Below are positions 9,779 to 17,560 of a stretch of DNA of 27,934 nt, piece by piece. Numbering within the stretch: the first letter of the stretch is position 1; each line of letters starts with the position of its first letter. The position numbers and the translations under genes were made by a program. The DNA comes from Methanocella sp. (GTDB taxonomy: Archaea > Thermoproteota > Bathyarchaeia > Bathyarchaeales > Bathycorpusculaceae), in NCBI GenBank assembly GCA_050261115.1, contig JBLNCY010000025.1, positions 1 to 27,934 on the forward strand, in the 5' to 3' direction. The notes beneath the pieces were generated by a model. That model made no database searches. It had not been told where the DNA came from and saw only the letters and a list, made by a program, of their open reading frames with translations.

Positions 9779-10615
9779 CTACAAACTGGGTATGGTACAA
9801 CTCATCGCTGGAAGATGTCCTTTCTTTAAGTTAACGGTTTTTTGATGCCTACTATAAAGCAATATAGCGGTAATAACAACCGCTGTAGCAATCAGAACTG
9901 TAGCTAAAACTATTGAGGTTGGGGCAGGATGTGTTTCTGGTTGATGTGCACTCGTATTTATGGTTGGCATTGGCGAACTCGAAGTATGAACGGTTGGAGA
10001 TGGTGTAGGTGAAGCAGAACTTACTGGTATGGTTACTATTTGGGTGCTGCTCCAATCGCTTTCAGTACCATTGAAAGTCCAGGAGTTAATTATGGGGTAT
10101 CTATGAACGTAGCCTATTAATGCCTGAACTTGAAACTCAATCTCTGAACCATAAGGGATGCCTGATGGGAAAAGCTGGTCTAATGGGTAACTTGCTATTG
10201 TTGAATGACCGGCAGACTGGCTTAGGTATCCATCTGATAGATGGGTAATGAATGCCCAATTTCCTTCTGATTGTTTCATTCTAATATTGTACATCACGCT
10301 TACAGTTTGACCCGTATTGTATGGGTCGCTTGAATTATATGGGATAGTATATGGTGCAAAGGCTTGATTTTTAATGGAAAATTCAAACGTCTTATTCTCG
10401 ACATAGCCCTGTACTACCCGACTATTGCCGTACTGGTCAGTAATTGCGGTAGGAGTTGGAGCATAATATGAGTTATCTGCATACTTCACGGTGAATTCCG
10501 GTACTGCTGGTTTAGGTATTGTTTGGGCGTTGGTAGGCTTAGCAACAATCAAAGTTAGACATGACAAAACGATAATGAAAGTTAGGGATAACGCCTGAGT
10601 TTCTATTCTACCCAT
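9779..10615 (-). CDS. Secreted, C-terminally anchored hypothetical protein
   Basis: Signal peptide, PKPAVPEFTV motif after the cleavage site, FQVQALIG..G.ESDWS motif, Pro/Thr/Ser linker, then TM and RHQKT. Likely start is ATG 10615; the ORF track starts at 10633. Confidence 0.85.
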   Translation of the reverse strand: MGRIETQALSLTFIIVLSCLTLIVAKPTNAQTIPKPAVPEFTVKYADNSYYAPTPTAITDQYGNSRVVQGYVENKTFEFSIKNQAFAPYTIPYNSSDPYNTGQTVSVMYNIRMKQSEGNWAFITHLSDGYLSQSAGHSTIASYPLDQLFPSGIPYGSEIEFQVQALIGYVHRYPIINSWTFNGTESDWSSTQIVTIPVSSASPTPSPTVHTSSSPMPTINTSAHQPETHPAPTSIVLATVLIATAVVITAILLYSRHQKTVNLKKGHLPAMSCTIPSL

Positions 10616-10876
10616 GATAGGTAATAGACACATAAATGGTTATAACGTTAACTTAGCAGTATGAATGCTGTGAGATAGGTTTTCTTCACGCCAAACCCTG
10701 CTAAGTTTTAGTTACCACTTATTCGTTTGGTTTATTTTTAAAACCTTGATTTTCTTGCAAACTATACTCATTTTAAGCGTAATGTTTTCAATAAGTAAAG
10801 TTCCATACAAATCAGGGCTTAAACCGATGAATCTGAATCTGCAATGATGGAAAAATTTACCAGTTAAGTAGACTTG

Positions 10877-10902
10877 CTATAGTTCATTTCTATAGTTCAT
10901 TT
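10877..10902. repeat. 13-bp tandem duplication CTATAGTTCATTT x2
   Basis: Read directly. Lies about 35 nt beyond the tRNA-Ala 3' end. Confidence 0.8.
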
Positions 10903-10936
10903 CCTATATCTCAAAAAATTATATGGAGTGGTTGAT

Positions 10937-11014
10937 TGGTGGACGAGGCGGGATTTGAACCCGCGGCCTCTGCAATGCCAATGCAGCGTTCATACCAAGC
11001 TGGACTACTCGCCC
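10937..11014 (-). tRNA. tRNA-Ala(GGC), CCA encoded, no intron
   Basis: Reverse complement GGGCGAG...CTGCA-TTGGCAT-TGCAG...GGTTCAAATCC...CTCGTCC-A-CCA. The G3:U70 alanine identity pair is present. Confidence 0.97.
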
Positions 11015-11116
11015 ACTTTTTGGTTAGCTTCAGAAATCTACCGTTCCTCATTTAATAAGCATTTCTTATGCTTAATGGGGAAGCCACTTGAAGAGAGGCA
11101 AATATACGCTTAACTA

Positions 11117-11276
11117 TTGGAAGAGTTGTGTAGCCAACAATCCCCCCTCCGCCAGCGCCACAGTCCTCACAGCCCAAAGCAGCAACCACCCAGACAAGCC
11201 CTCCGACTTCAGCGGGTGTTGAGTCTATATATAAGGGAGGGGGGTTCCTGCGAGAGCAACAGAGGCACTCTAGCAA
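11117..11276 (-). ncRNA. Candidate structured non-coding RNA, family unknown
   Basis: Nested inverted repeats: 11122-11126/11267-11271, a 9-bp stem 11142-11150/11236-11244, 11183-11191/11214-11221 and 11196-11200/11205-11209. G-U pairs favour the minus strand. Confidence 0.45.
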
Positions 11277-11330
11277 ACTTATGCCGTAGCTACGCCAGAT
11301 TTTTAAGCATAAACCGCCCATTTACTGACT

Positions 11331-11657
11331 ATGTCCAGCGACGAAGGTTACATACCGCTTCTATCCGAGTCGGAAATCAAAGATGGCGAAAAGAAACTTG
11401 TCAGCGCCGAGGGCAAACAAGTCCTATTCATCAAGCACAAGAATAAGCTCTATGTTATTGACGATAGGTGTCCTCATATGGGCTGCAAGTTCTCGGGCGG
11501 CACCATAGCGGACGACATGGTGATTTGCCCGTGCCATGACTGGCGATTTAGCCTAGAAACAGGCGAATACGAAAACGACCCCGGTTATGCCTTGACGTTT
11601 TATCCTTTTAAAGTTAAGGATGGGAAGGTGTGGGTTAAGTTAGACGAGGACTTTTAG
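11331..11657 (+). CDS. Rieske [2Fe-2S] ferredoxin
   Basis: CPHMG and CPCHDWRFSLETG Rieske motifs. TATA-like TTTTAAG about 25 nt upstream, consistent with a leaderless transcript. Confidence 0.93.
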   Translation: MSSDEGYIPLLSESEIKDGEKKLVSAEGKQVLFIKHKNKLYVIDDRCPHMGCKFSGGTIADDMVICPCHDWRFSLETGEYENDPGYALTFYPFKVKDGKVWVKLDEDF

Positions 11658-12580
11658 CTCTCAGGGCAGGTTACGGTTTTAGGTTTATACTTGTAGGCTT
11701 TGCAGAATTCCCAGAAGGCCTCTGCTGGTTTTAGCATCGGCTTTTTAGGCCGCGCCATGTATAGTTGGCGGCCGCCTGAAATACCCATGATAGGCACCAC
11801 CGTCACCAAGCCCGCCGCCTGAGCTTTAGAAGCAGCAAGCGAAGAAACCACACTAACGCCTCTGCCCTCAGACACAGCCGTAATCACCGACGAGGTGCTG
11901 CCAACCTCCAAGGCAATATCCTCAAACGAGGCATTATGTGCCTCAAGCAGCTTCTCGATTTCCAAACGGGTCCCCGAGGTCTCCTCACGCACTACCACTG
12001 GATACTTTGCGGCCTCTTCAAGTCTAACCGATTTACTCCGGGCTAACTCGTGATTACACGCTACGATTAATACCAACTGGTCTTCGCCGATGGGGAGAAA
12101 ATCAAATTTTTCCTCAAACCCCTCCCTGGTTCCCACAGCTGCAAAATCAACGTCATCTATCTGCAAAGAAGACAAGCTGCTGAGGCTGTCTTGGGCTTTG
12201 ATTTTGAACTTGACGCCGGGATTCTTTTTATGGAACTCCGCCATCAAGCCCGGTAGTATGTATTCTTCGGGAATGGTGCTTGCCGCAATAGAGATGGTTC
12301 CTTGGAGGGTGCGGTTGATTTGGGATATTTTGGCTTTGGCGTCGGTTGCTTGACGGAGCATTTTTTCAGCCGCTTCCTTTAGAATCGCGCCCGCGTCCGT
12401 GACGATGACGCCATTAGCTGATCTCTTGAATAGTTCAGCGCCAAAAAAGGCCTCGAGTGCGGCTATGTGGTGGCTGACGGTGCCTTGGCTGGTCTTTAGC
12501 TCTTTGGCGGCTATTGAAAAGCTATGTGTTCGTGCAACAGTCAGGAAAGTGTTCAGGTAATCAAATCGTATTGTCTCCAT
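11654..12580 (-). CDS. LysR-type transcriptional regulator (CysL-like, selenium-metabolism-associated subgroup)
   Basis: HTH SFSIAAKELKTSQGTVSHHIAALE..FG..LF.R, plus ASTIPEEYILP and REETSGTR typical of the CysL-like substrate domain. Likely start is ATG 12580; the ORF track starts at 12598. Confidence 0.92.
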   Translation of the reverse strand: METIRFDYLNTFLTVARTHSFSIAAKELKTSQGTVSHHIAALEAFFGAELFKRSANGVIVTDAGAILKEAAEKMLRQATDAKAKISQINRTLQGTISIAASTIPEEYILPGLMAEFHKKNPGVKFKIKAQDSLSSLSSLQIDDVDFAAVGTREGFEEKFDFLPIGEDQLVLIVACNHELARSKSVRLEEAAKYPVVVREETSGTRLEIEKLLEAHNASFEDIALEVGSTSSVITAVSEGRGVSVVSSLAASKAQAAGLVTVVPIMGISGGRQLYMARPKKPMLKPAEAFWEFCKAYKYKPKTVTCPES

Positions 12581-12647
12581 ACCGTTATTGTCCCACAACG
12601 TGTTTAGTCTAAGTGCCCCGTTTATATATTATTCCTTATACGAATCC

Positions 12648-12669
12648 TTTAATATTCGCTTTTTTAATA
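12648..12669 (+). promoter_or_regulatory. TATA box TTTTTTAATA preceded by the 10-mer TTTAATATTC (putative operator)
   Basis: TATA ends 32 nt upstream of the dsrE-like ATG. The same two elements recur at 13308-13336. Confidence 0.5.
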
Positions 12670-12700
12670 ACTACTATTAACCATTCAGGTTTGAACACAC

Positions 12701-13051
12701 ATGGCAACATTCACAATAATCATACTCGAAGCCCCATACGCCAAAGAACGCGCACTAACTGCCCTACGCTTCGCATGGACCGCAGACCTAGAAGGACACA
12801 AAGTACGCATCTGGCTATTCGAAAACGGCGTCTACCTCGCCAAAAAAAGCCAAAAACCCGCCCAAGGCCTAACTAACTACGGCCAAATGCTTGAGGACAT
12901 GATCAAAGGCGGCGTAGAAGTAAAATCCTGTGTAGTATGCGCAGATGCACGCGGCTTAACCCAGGCAGACCTATTTGATGGGGTCAAACTTGCTACCGTG
13001 CATGACTTAATTGAATGGACGATAGACAGCGATAAAGTCCTAACGTTTTAG
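12701..13051 (+). CDS. DsrE/DsrF/TusD-family sulfur-relay protein
   Basis: APY..E...ALR, LFENGVY and CVVCADARG (conserved Cys in C..RG), with C-terminal SDKVLTF. Confidence 0.92.
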   Translation: MATFTIIILEAPYAKERALTALRFAWTADLEGHKVRIWLFENGVYLAKKSQKPAQGLTNYGQMLEDMIKGGVEVKSCVVCADARGLTQADLFDGVKLATVHDLIEWTIDSDKVLTF

Positions 13052-13061
13052 TGACCACCCT

Positions 13062-13286
13062 ATGAGTCTTGAAAAAATCGACGTAAAAGGCAAAATGTGC
13101 CCTCTACCCGTGGCGTTCACAAAGCGGAAACTCGAATCAATGGCGACTGGGCAGTTGTTGGAGGTTATCGGTGAAGGCGAAGCAGAATTTGATAATATTC
13201 AGCGCTGGGCAAAAAATAACGGTCACAGCGTGGTGGAGGCCTCCAAGTCAGACGGCGAATTCAGGATTCTGATTAAAAAAGCATAA
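13062..13286 (+). CDS. TusA/SirA/YedF-family sulfur carrier
   Basis: IDVKGKMCPLP (CPxP motif), 74 aa, ending ILIKK. Confidence 0.93.
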   Translation: MSLEKIDVKGKMCPLPVAFTKRKLESMATGQLLEVIGEGEAEFDNIQRWAKNNGHSVVEASKSDGEFRILIKKA

Positions 13287-13307
13287 ACTAGAGTAACTAT
13301 CAATTTT

Positions 13308-13336
13308 TTTAATATTCAAATAAACATTTTTTAATA
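13308..13336 (+). promoter_or_regulatory. Second TTTAATATTC plus TTTTTTAATA promoter element
   Basis: Same 10-mer and TATA box as at 12648-12669, upstream of the reductase gene. Confidence 0.5.
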
Positions 13337-13363
13337 GCGGTAGCTGTCTCCGTTACAACGGCA

Positions 13364-14665
13364 GTGAAAAATATGTCTGAAAACTATGTTGAACTGTGGA
13401 AAAGCATCGGAATAGACATAGAAAAACACGACCACCTACTAAACGCCCTAGGACAATTCTATAGCAGCGTCTACTTAACCCAGAAGAATCGCCCTAAAAA
13501 GATGGATTACTTTGACTTTGTCGTCTCAGAAATCCATGGGCTCCGCATCAAAGAGCTAAACGACCAACGCAAAGAAGGAAAAAAAGTCATAGGCGCCTTC
13601 TGCGTCTATGCTCCTGAAGAATTGGCTTATGCCGCAGGCGCCTCTATGGTGGGCTTGTGTGGCGGCGCGGACTTTTCTGTTCCAGAAGCAGAAACAGTTC
13701 TACCTCGTAGCCTCTGTCCCCTCATCAAATCCTTCTACGGTTTCAAACTCAGCAAGACTTGCCCCTATTTCCAAGTGAGCGACTTAGTGGTAGGCGAAAC
13801 CACCTGCGATGGCAAAAAGAAAGTCTATGAACTCTTAAACGAGCTTGTTCCAACATACGTGTTAGAGATCCCACATAAACCTGACACGCAGCAAGGCAAA
13901 GAGTTCTGGCTAAAAGAACTTGAAGCCTTCAAAGCCAAACTCGAGGAGCTTACAGGAAACAAAATAACGGCTGAGAAGCTAAAAGAATCCATAGAGCTAA
14001 TTAACAATAAGCGCAAAGCCCTAAAACGCCTCTCAGACCTCAGAGCAAATTCTCCCTCTCCAATCAGCGGCTTAGACGCTCTGTTAATCTACCAGATTAG
14101 CTTCAACGATGATCCCAAACGCTTTACCGCAAAAGTGAACGAATTATGCGATGAACTCGAAGAGCGGGTACGAAACGGCGTCGGAGTTGCACCCAAAGAT
14201 GCCCCACGACTGCTTGTCTCGGGCTGTCCGATGGCGATTCCAAACTGGAAAGTTCACAGCATCGCTCAATCAGTAGGCGCAACAATAGTCGCTGAGGAAA
14301 GCTGTGTCGGCACACGCTTATTCATGGACTTGGTAGAACCCAAAGGAGACCGCATCGATGACCTGTTATGGGCTATAGTGGAGAAATACAGCAAGATTCC
14401 CTGTGCATGCTTCACCCCCAATGAGCGGCGCATAAAGAGCGTAACTGACCTCGCTAAGCAATTCAAAGCGGATGGTGTAATTTACTATACGCTCCAGAAC
14501 TGCCATGACTATAATGTGGAAGCAGTCAAGGTTGATCGTGCACTCAAAGCTCAAGAGGTACCGATGCTGAAAATCGAAACCGACTATTCCATGGGGGACG
14601 CTCCACAGATTCAAACACGCCTAGAAGCCTTCCTTGAGATAATCGCGGGTAAAAAACAACCTTAA
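13364..14665 (+). CDS. 2-hydroxyacyl-CoA dehydratase (HgdB/FldB) family protein, double-cubane-cluster reductase (DCCP) type
   Basis: FDFVVSEIHGLRIKEL, AFCVYAPEEL, GLCGG, LCPLIKS, ETTCDGKKK, SGCP, EESCVG, PCACFTPN, QNCHDY and IETDYS..D..Q..TRLEAFLE. The start may be ATG 13373. Confidence 0.88.
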   Translation: MKNMSENYVELWKSIGIDIEKHDHLLNALGQFYSSVYLTQKNRPKKMDYFDFVVSEIHGLRIKELNDQRKEGKKVIGAFCVYAPEELAYAAGASMVGLCGGADFSVPEAETVLPRSLCPLIKSFYGFKLSKTCPYFQVSDLVVGETTCDGKKKVYELLNELVPTYVLEIPHKPDTQQGKEFWLKELEAFKAKLEELTGNKITAEKLKESIELINNKRKALKRLSDLRANSPSPISGLDALLIYQISFNDDPKRFTAKVNELCDELEERVRNGVGVAPKDAPRLLVSGCPMAIPNWKVHSIAQSVGATIVAEESCVGTRLFMDLVEPKGDRIDDLLWAIVEKYSKIPCACFTPNERRIKSVTDLAKQFKADGVIYYTLQNCHDYNVEAVKVDRALKAQEVPMLKIETDYSMGDAPQIQTRLEAFLEIIAGKKQP

Positions 14666-14737
14666 CCAGCTTCTACCCATTTTTAGATTATACCTTTTTA
14701 TTTATTCCCAGATTAAGTCTAACATGGAGCGTCCTGT

Positions 14738-15757
14738 ATGAGTTACCGTTTAACCAAAGCTGTTCCGGTCCATGGCTGCAGCTGTAAACTGCCCCAATAC
14801 CAACTGGATAAGCTGCTAGATCAAGCGGGCATGACCGAAGAGTTTGGACCCGACGTGCTCGCAGGCCCATGGGAAAATAGCAGTGTTGTCAAAGTAGCTG
14901 ACGACATAGCTATCCTGAATACGCTGGACTTTTTTACGCCAATGGTTGACGAACCCGAAATTCAAGGCAGAATTGCTGGGAGCAACGTAACAAGCGATAT
15001 CTACACGTTGGGCGTAACCAAAATCGCAAGTGTACTCACGATTATGGCTTTCCCCGAGAAAATGCCCACCGAGATAGCGGTCGGTATGCTTAAGGGGTTT
15101 GGTGATTTCTGCCGCGAAATGGATGCGCCCGTGGTGGGTGGACACACTATTCGTAATCCTTGGCCAATTATTGGAGGCGCCGCTACTGGAGTGGGTAAGC
15201 CTGAGAGTATTGTTTATACTAAAGGCGCTAAACCAGGCGACCGCCTGTTTCTAACTAAACCCCTTGGCATCGCTCCAGCTATGGCGGCGTATCGACTGCG
15301 CAAGGACGAGGCGGATTGCGAGTTACTTGAAGACATACCTAAAGACCTCATAGATACCGCTGTTGACAGCGCCATAAACGGCATGATAACCTCCAATAAG
15401 CCAGTGGCTGAAGTAATGCAAAAAGTCCCCGTTCATGCCGCCACAGACGTCACCGGTTTTGGCTTGAAAGGGCATGCAGCTAACATGGCCATGCTCAGCA
15501 GGGTAGACATAGTGATTGACACGCTCTGGGTGATCAAGGGTACCCCGCAATTAGCAGACGTATTTGGCTACCCACTTTTGACTGGCGAATCCAAAGAGAC
15601 AGCAGGCGGCATACTGATGGCAGTAGCCAAAGAGCACAGCAATCAACTGCAAAGTGAGCTAGATAAACGGCACATTCGATTCTGTGAAGTCGGCTACGTC
15701 AAAGAGGGTGTAGGAAACGTTACTGTCCTGAAAGATGCAAAAGTGGTAGAGGCATAG
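14738..15757 (+). CDS. selD: Selenide, water dikinase (selenophosphate synthetase), Cys form
   Basis: RLT...HGCSCKL (catalytic Cys14/Lys17), DFFTPMVD.P...GRIA..N..SDIY, GGHT, AKPGD.L.LTKPLG, AATDVTGFGL.GH and ETAGG.L. Confidence 0.92.
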   Translation: MSYRLTKAVPVHGCSCKLPQYQLDKLLDQAGMTEEFGPDVLAGPWENSSVVKVADDIAILNTLDFFTPMVDEPEIQGRIAGSNVTSDIYTLGVTKIASVLTIMAFPEKMPTEIAVGMLKGFGDFCREMDAPVVGGHTIRNPWPIIGGAATGVGKPESIVYTKGAKPGDRLFLTKPLGIAPAMAAYRLRKDEADCELLEDIPKDLIDTAVDSAINGMITSNKPVAEVMQKVPVHAATDVTGFGLKGHAANMAMLSRVDIVIDTLWVIKGTPQLADVFGYPLLTGESKETAGGILMAVAKEHSNQLQSELDKRHIRFCEVGYVKEGVGNVTVLKDAKVVEA

Positions 15758-15810
15758 GAATGCCGCTTTAAGCTATGGCTATCTCTTAGCGCTTCTTGAA
15801 TTTCAGGAAC

Positions 15811-17160
15811 CTATCTGCTGCTCGAATACCATGCATCGATTAGGCGGCAGCTTGACGCATCAACTTTTTCTTGTCCATACCGTCTGAGCGGCTTAGTCAA
15901 ATGCCTCTGAGACCGCGGGGAAGTCACATATAGCCCCAAACCAACCGCCCGAGGCAAAGCCACCTCTTTCTTTTTTAGGTCAGGGTATTTCCCGCCGCAT
16001 TTCTCGCAGCGGAACCCTTGGTTTTTACCCATGGATTTGAGGCGTTTGTTACAGTTGGGGCAATATGGGTTTTCGGTTTGAGTTTGTAGGGCTAATTTGA
16101 GGGCCTCGATTTTTTCTAGATTGATTGTTAGGGGCTTGTTTTCGGCGGCTTTATGGGTGGCTCCGTAGACTTTGACTTCGTCGCCGACTATTAGCTGTCT
16201 AGCGACCTTGTTTAAGTCGCCTGTCGGTTCGTAGGCGGCGCAGTCTACTTCGCCGGATTCATCCTTAATCGAGAAAATTACGTGCCTAACAGGAACTAAG
16301 CGTGGCGCTTTAGAAACTGTGCCCCTAACGATAACCGAACAGTAAGGTTCCAACTCGGTTAGCTTCGCTACCGGCTTTAGGTGTGCATCCGTGCCTTGGT
16401 TACTGCGGAAGATTAGCCAACGCTCAACCGGTTCCAAGGTTTTTACTATGCTGAAGGCTTTTCTAACGATTTCGGGAGACTCACCCCTAATGCCAAACAA
16501 GATCGGGTCGGGACCTCGGGGTGTAATAATGACTCGACCCTTCTCGGTGTCTACGTTGTTAAAAGTATAGGGCTGGGTTTGCTTATCCATCTCAAAAATT
16601 GACGCCGCATCTACCTGTCGCTTTGTACCCAAGTTTTCGGGTGCGCGATAGGCGATGAGTTCGTAGGTGTGGTCGCAGTTGAGGGTTTCACCGATGGCTG
16701 CGAGTGCACCGATGATGCCTCGGCAGGTGTTGTAGCCGAATGCTTCAGCGTGGAACTTTTTAATCAGTGATAAAGCTTCTTCGAGGGTTACGATTGTTGT
16801 TTCCGCCTTCTTTGAAAAAGCGGTAAACTCTTCTGGTATCTCCTGTGAGTTGTAGAAGACTATGCCGGGATTGGTGCCTGCTTCGTTGGTCCGTGAATGT
16901 TCTTCCCAGAGCTCGATGGCGGTTTCCTTTATTGTCTGCTCGAACTCTGTATTGTAATTGAATCTTAGGCAGAGTGCACCGTTGCCACGGGTTTTCCATG
17001 GCACGTTAGGGTTCAACCTAATTAAGCCAGGGTAATCTATGTAGTTAACGTTGTATTTTTTTAGTTTGTCAATTAGGATTGCGGTGAGGTATGTGGTGCA
17101 GCCACCCTTGGTTGAGTCCGTATCATCTAAGCCGATGTGCATGGTGGCCTGTGTAGTCAA
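15811..17160 (-). CDS. tiaS: tRNA(Ile2) 2-agmatinylcytidine synthetase
   Basis: IGLDDTDS..GGCTTY, LIRLNPNVPWKTRGNGA, RGIIGALAA, PRGPDPILFGIRG, SNQGTDAH, AAYEPT, zinc ribbon CPNC..CEKC and RHLTKP. Confidence 0.96.
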   Translation of the reverse strand: MTTQATMHIGLDDTDSTKGGCTTYLTAILIDKLKKYNVNYIDYPGLIRLNPNVPWKTRGNGALCLRFNYNTEFEQTIKETAIELWEEHSRTNEAGTNPGIVFYNSQEIPEEFTAFSKKAETTIVTLEEALSLIKKFHAEAFGYNTCRGIIGALAAIGETLNCDHTYELIAYRAPENLGTKRQVDAASIFEMDKQTQPYTFNNVDTEKGRVIITPRGPDPILFGIRGESPEIVRKAFSIVKTLEPVERWLIFRSNQGTDAHLKPVAKLTELEPYCSVIVRGTVSKAPRLVPVRHVIFSIKDESGEVDCAAYEPTGDLNKVARQLIVGDEVKVYGATHKAAENKPLTINLEKIEALKLALQTQTENPYCPNCNKRLKSMGKNQGFRCEKCGGKYPDLKKKEVALPRAVGLGLYVTSPRSQRHLTKPLRRYGQEKVDASSCRLIDAWYSSSR

Positions 17161-17222
17161 GGGTGGTGCCTCAATTGGAAAGTAGAAGAAAGAGGTTGAA
17201 GGTAAAAAATATTGTTAAAAGA

Positions 17223-17534
17223 CTATGCGAGAACTTGTACTGGTTCAAACTCTATGATGTCGGTTTTCTCGTCTGTTTTCTTTAATGGGAAGACGACTGG
17301 TGCCTTATCTGAGATAATCATTGTCAGTTTGGAATGAATCCGACCGACTTCATCAATACGATGTGTGACGATGTCTTTGAGTTCATCCATGGTCTTTGCT
17401 GCAACGTTGACAATGATGTCATAGACTCCCCATAGCTTGTAGGCTTCTTCTACCCCATCTAACTCTTTGAGCGCTTTTAGAACCTGCTTTTCTGAACCTA
17501 TTTCGGTATTTAGAAGGACATAGGCTGTTGGCAT
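17223..17534 (-). CDS. Stand-alone Lrp/AsnC ligand-binding (RAM) domain protein with C-terminal extension
   Basis: AYVLLNTEIGSE..V...L...GVEEA....GVYDII. No HTH. Start is ATG 17534 or TTG 17549. Confidence 0.88.
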   Translation of the reverse strand: MPTAYVLLNTEIGSEKQVLKALKELDGVEEAYKLWGVYDIIVNVAAKTMDELKDIVTHRIDEVGRIHSKLTMIISDKAPVVFPLKKTDEKTDIIEFEPVQVLA

Positions 17535-17560
17535 AACTTTTTTCTCCAAAATTTAATGGC

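Noticed and set aside
11117-11276. RNase P RNA, SRP RNA or TPP riboswitch
   Set aside because: Lacks the GAGGAAAGUCC-type P4 signature, the SRP helix-8 motif and the TPP CUGAGA/ACCUGA motifs. It is also short for RNase P or SRP.
11052-11446. ORFs 11052-11321(-), 11117-11446(+) and 10928-11113(+)
   Set aside because: They overlap tRNA-Ala, the Rieske gene or the structured element, and show no protein-like motifs.
12701-15810. Selenocysteine (TGA read-through) or a SECIS element in the selD cluster
   Set aside because: All four genes are uninterrupted, end in TAG or TAA, and use Cys codons at catalytic sites. No convincing archaeal SECIS hairpin follows selD.
14738-17160. Functional link between selD and tiaS as a new tRNA wobble modification
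   Set aside because: The genes are convergent rather than co-transcribed, TiaS looks canonical, and no selU is present. The adjacency is most simply a locus boundary.
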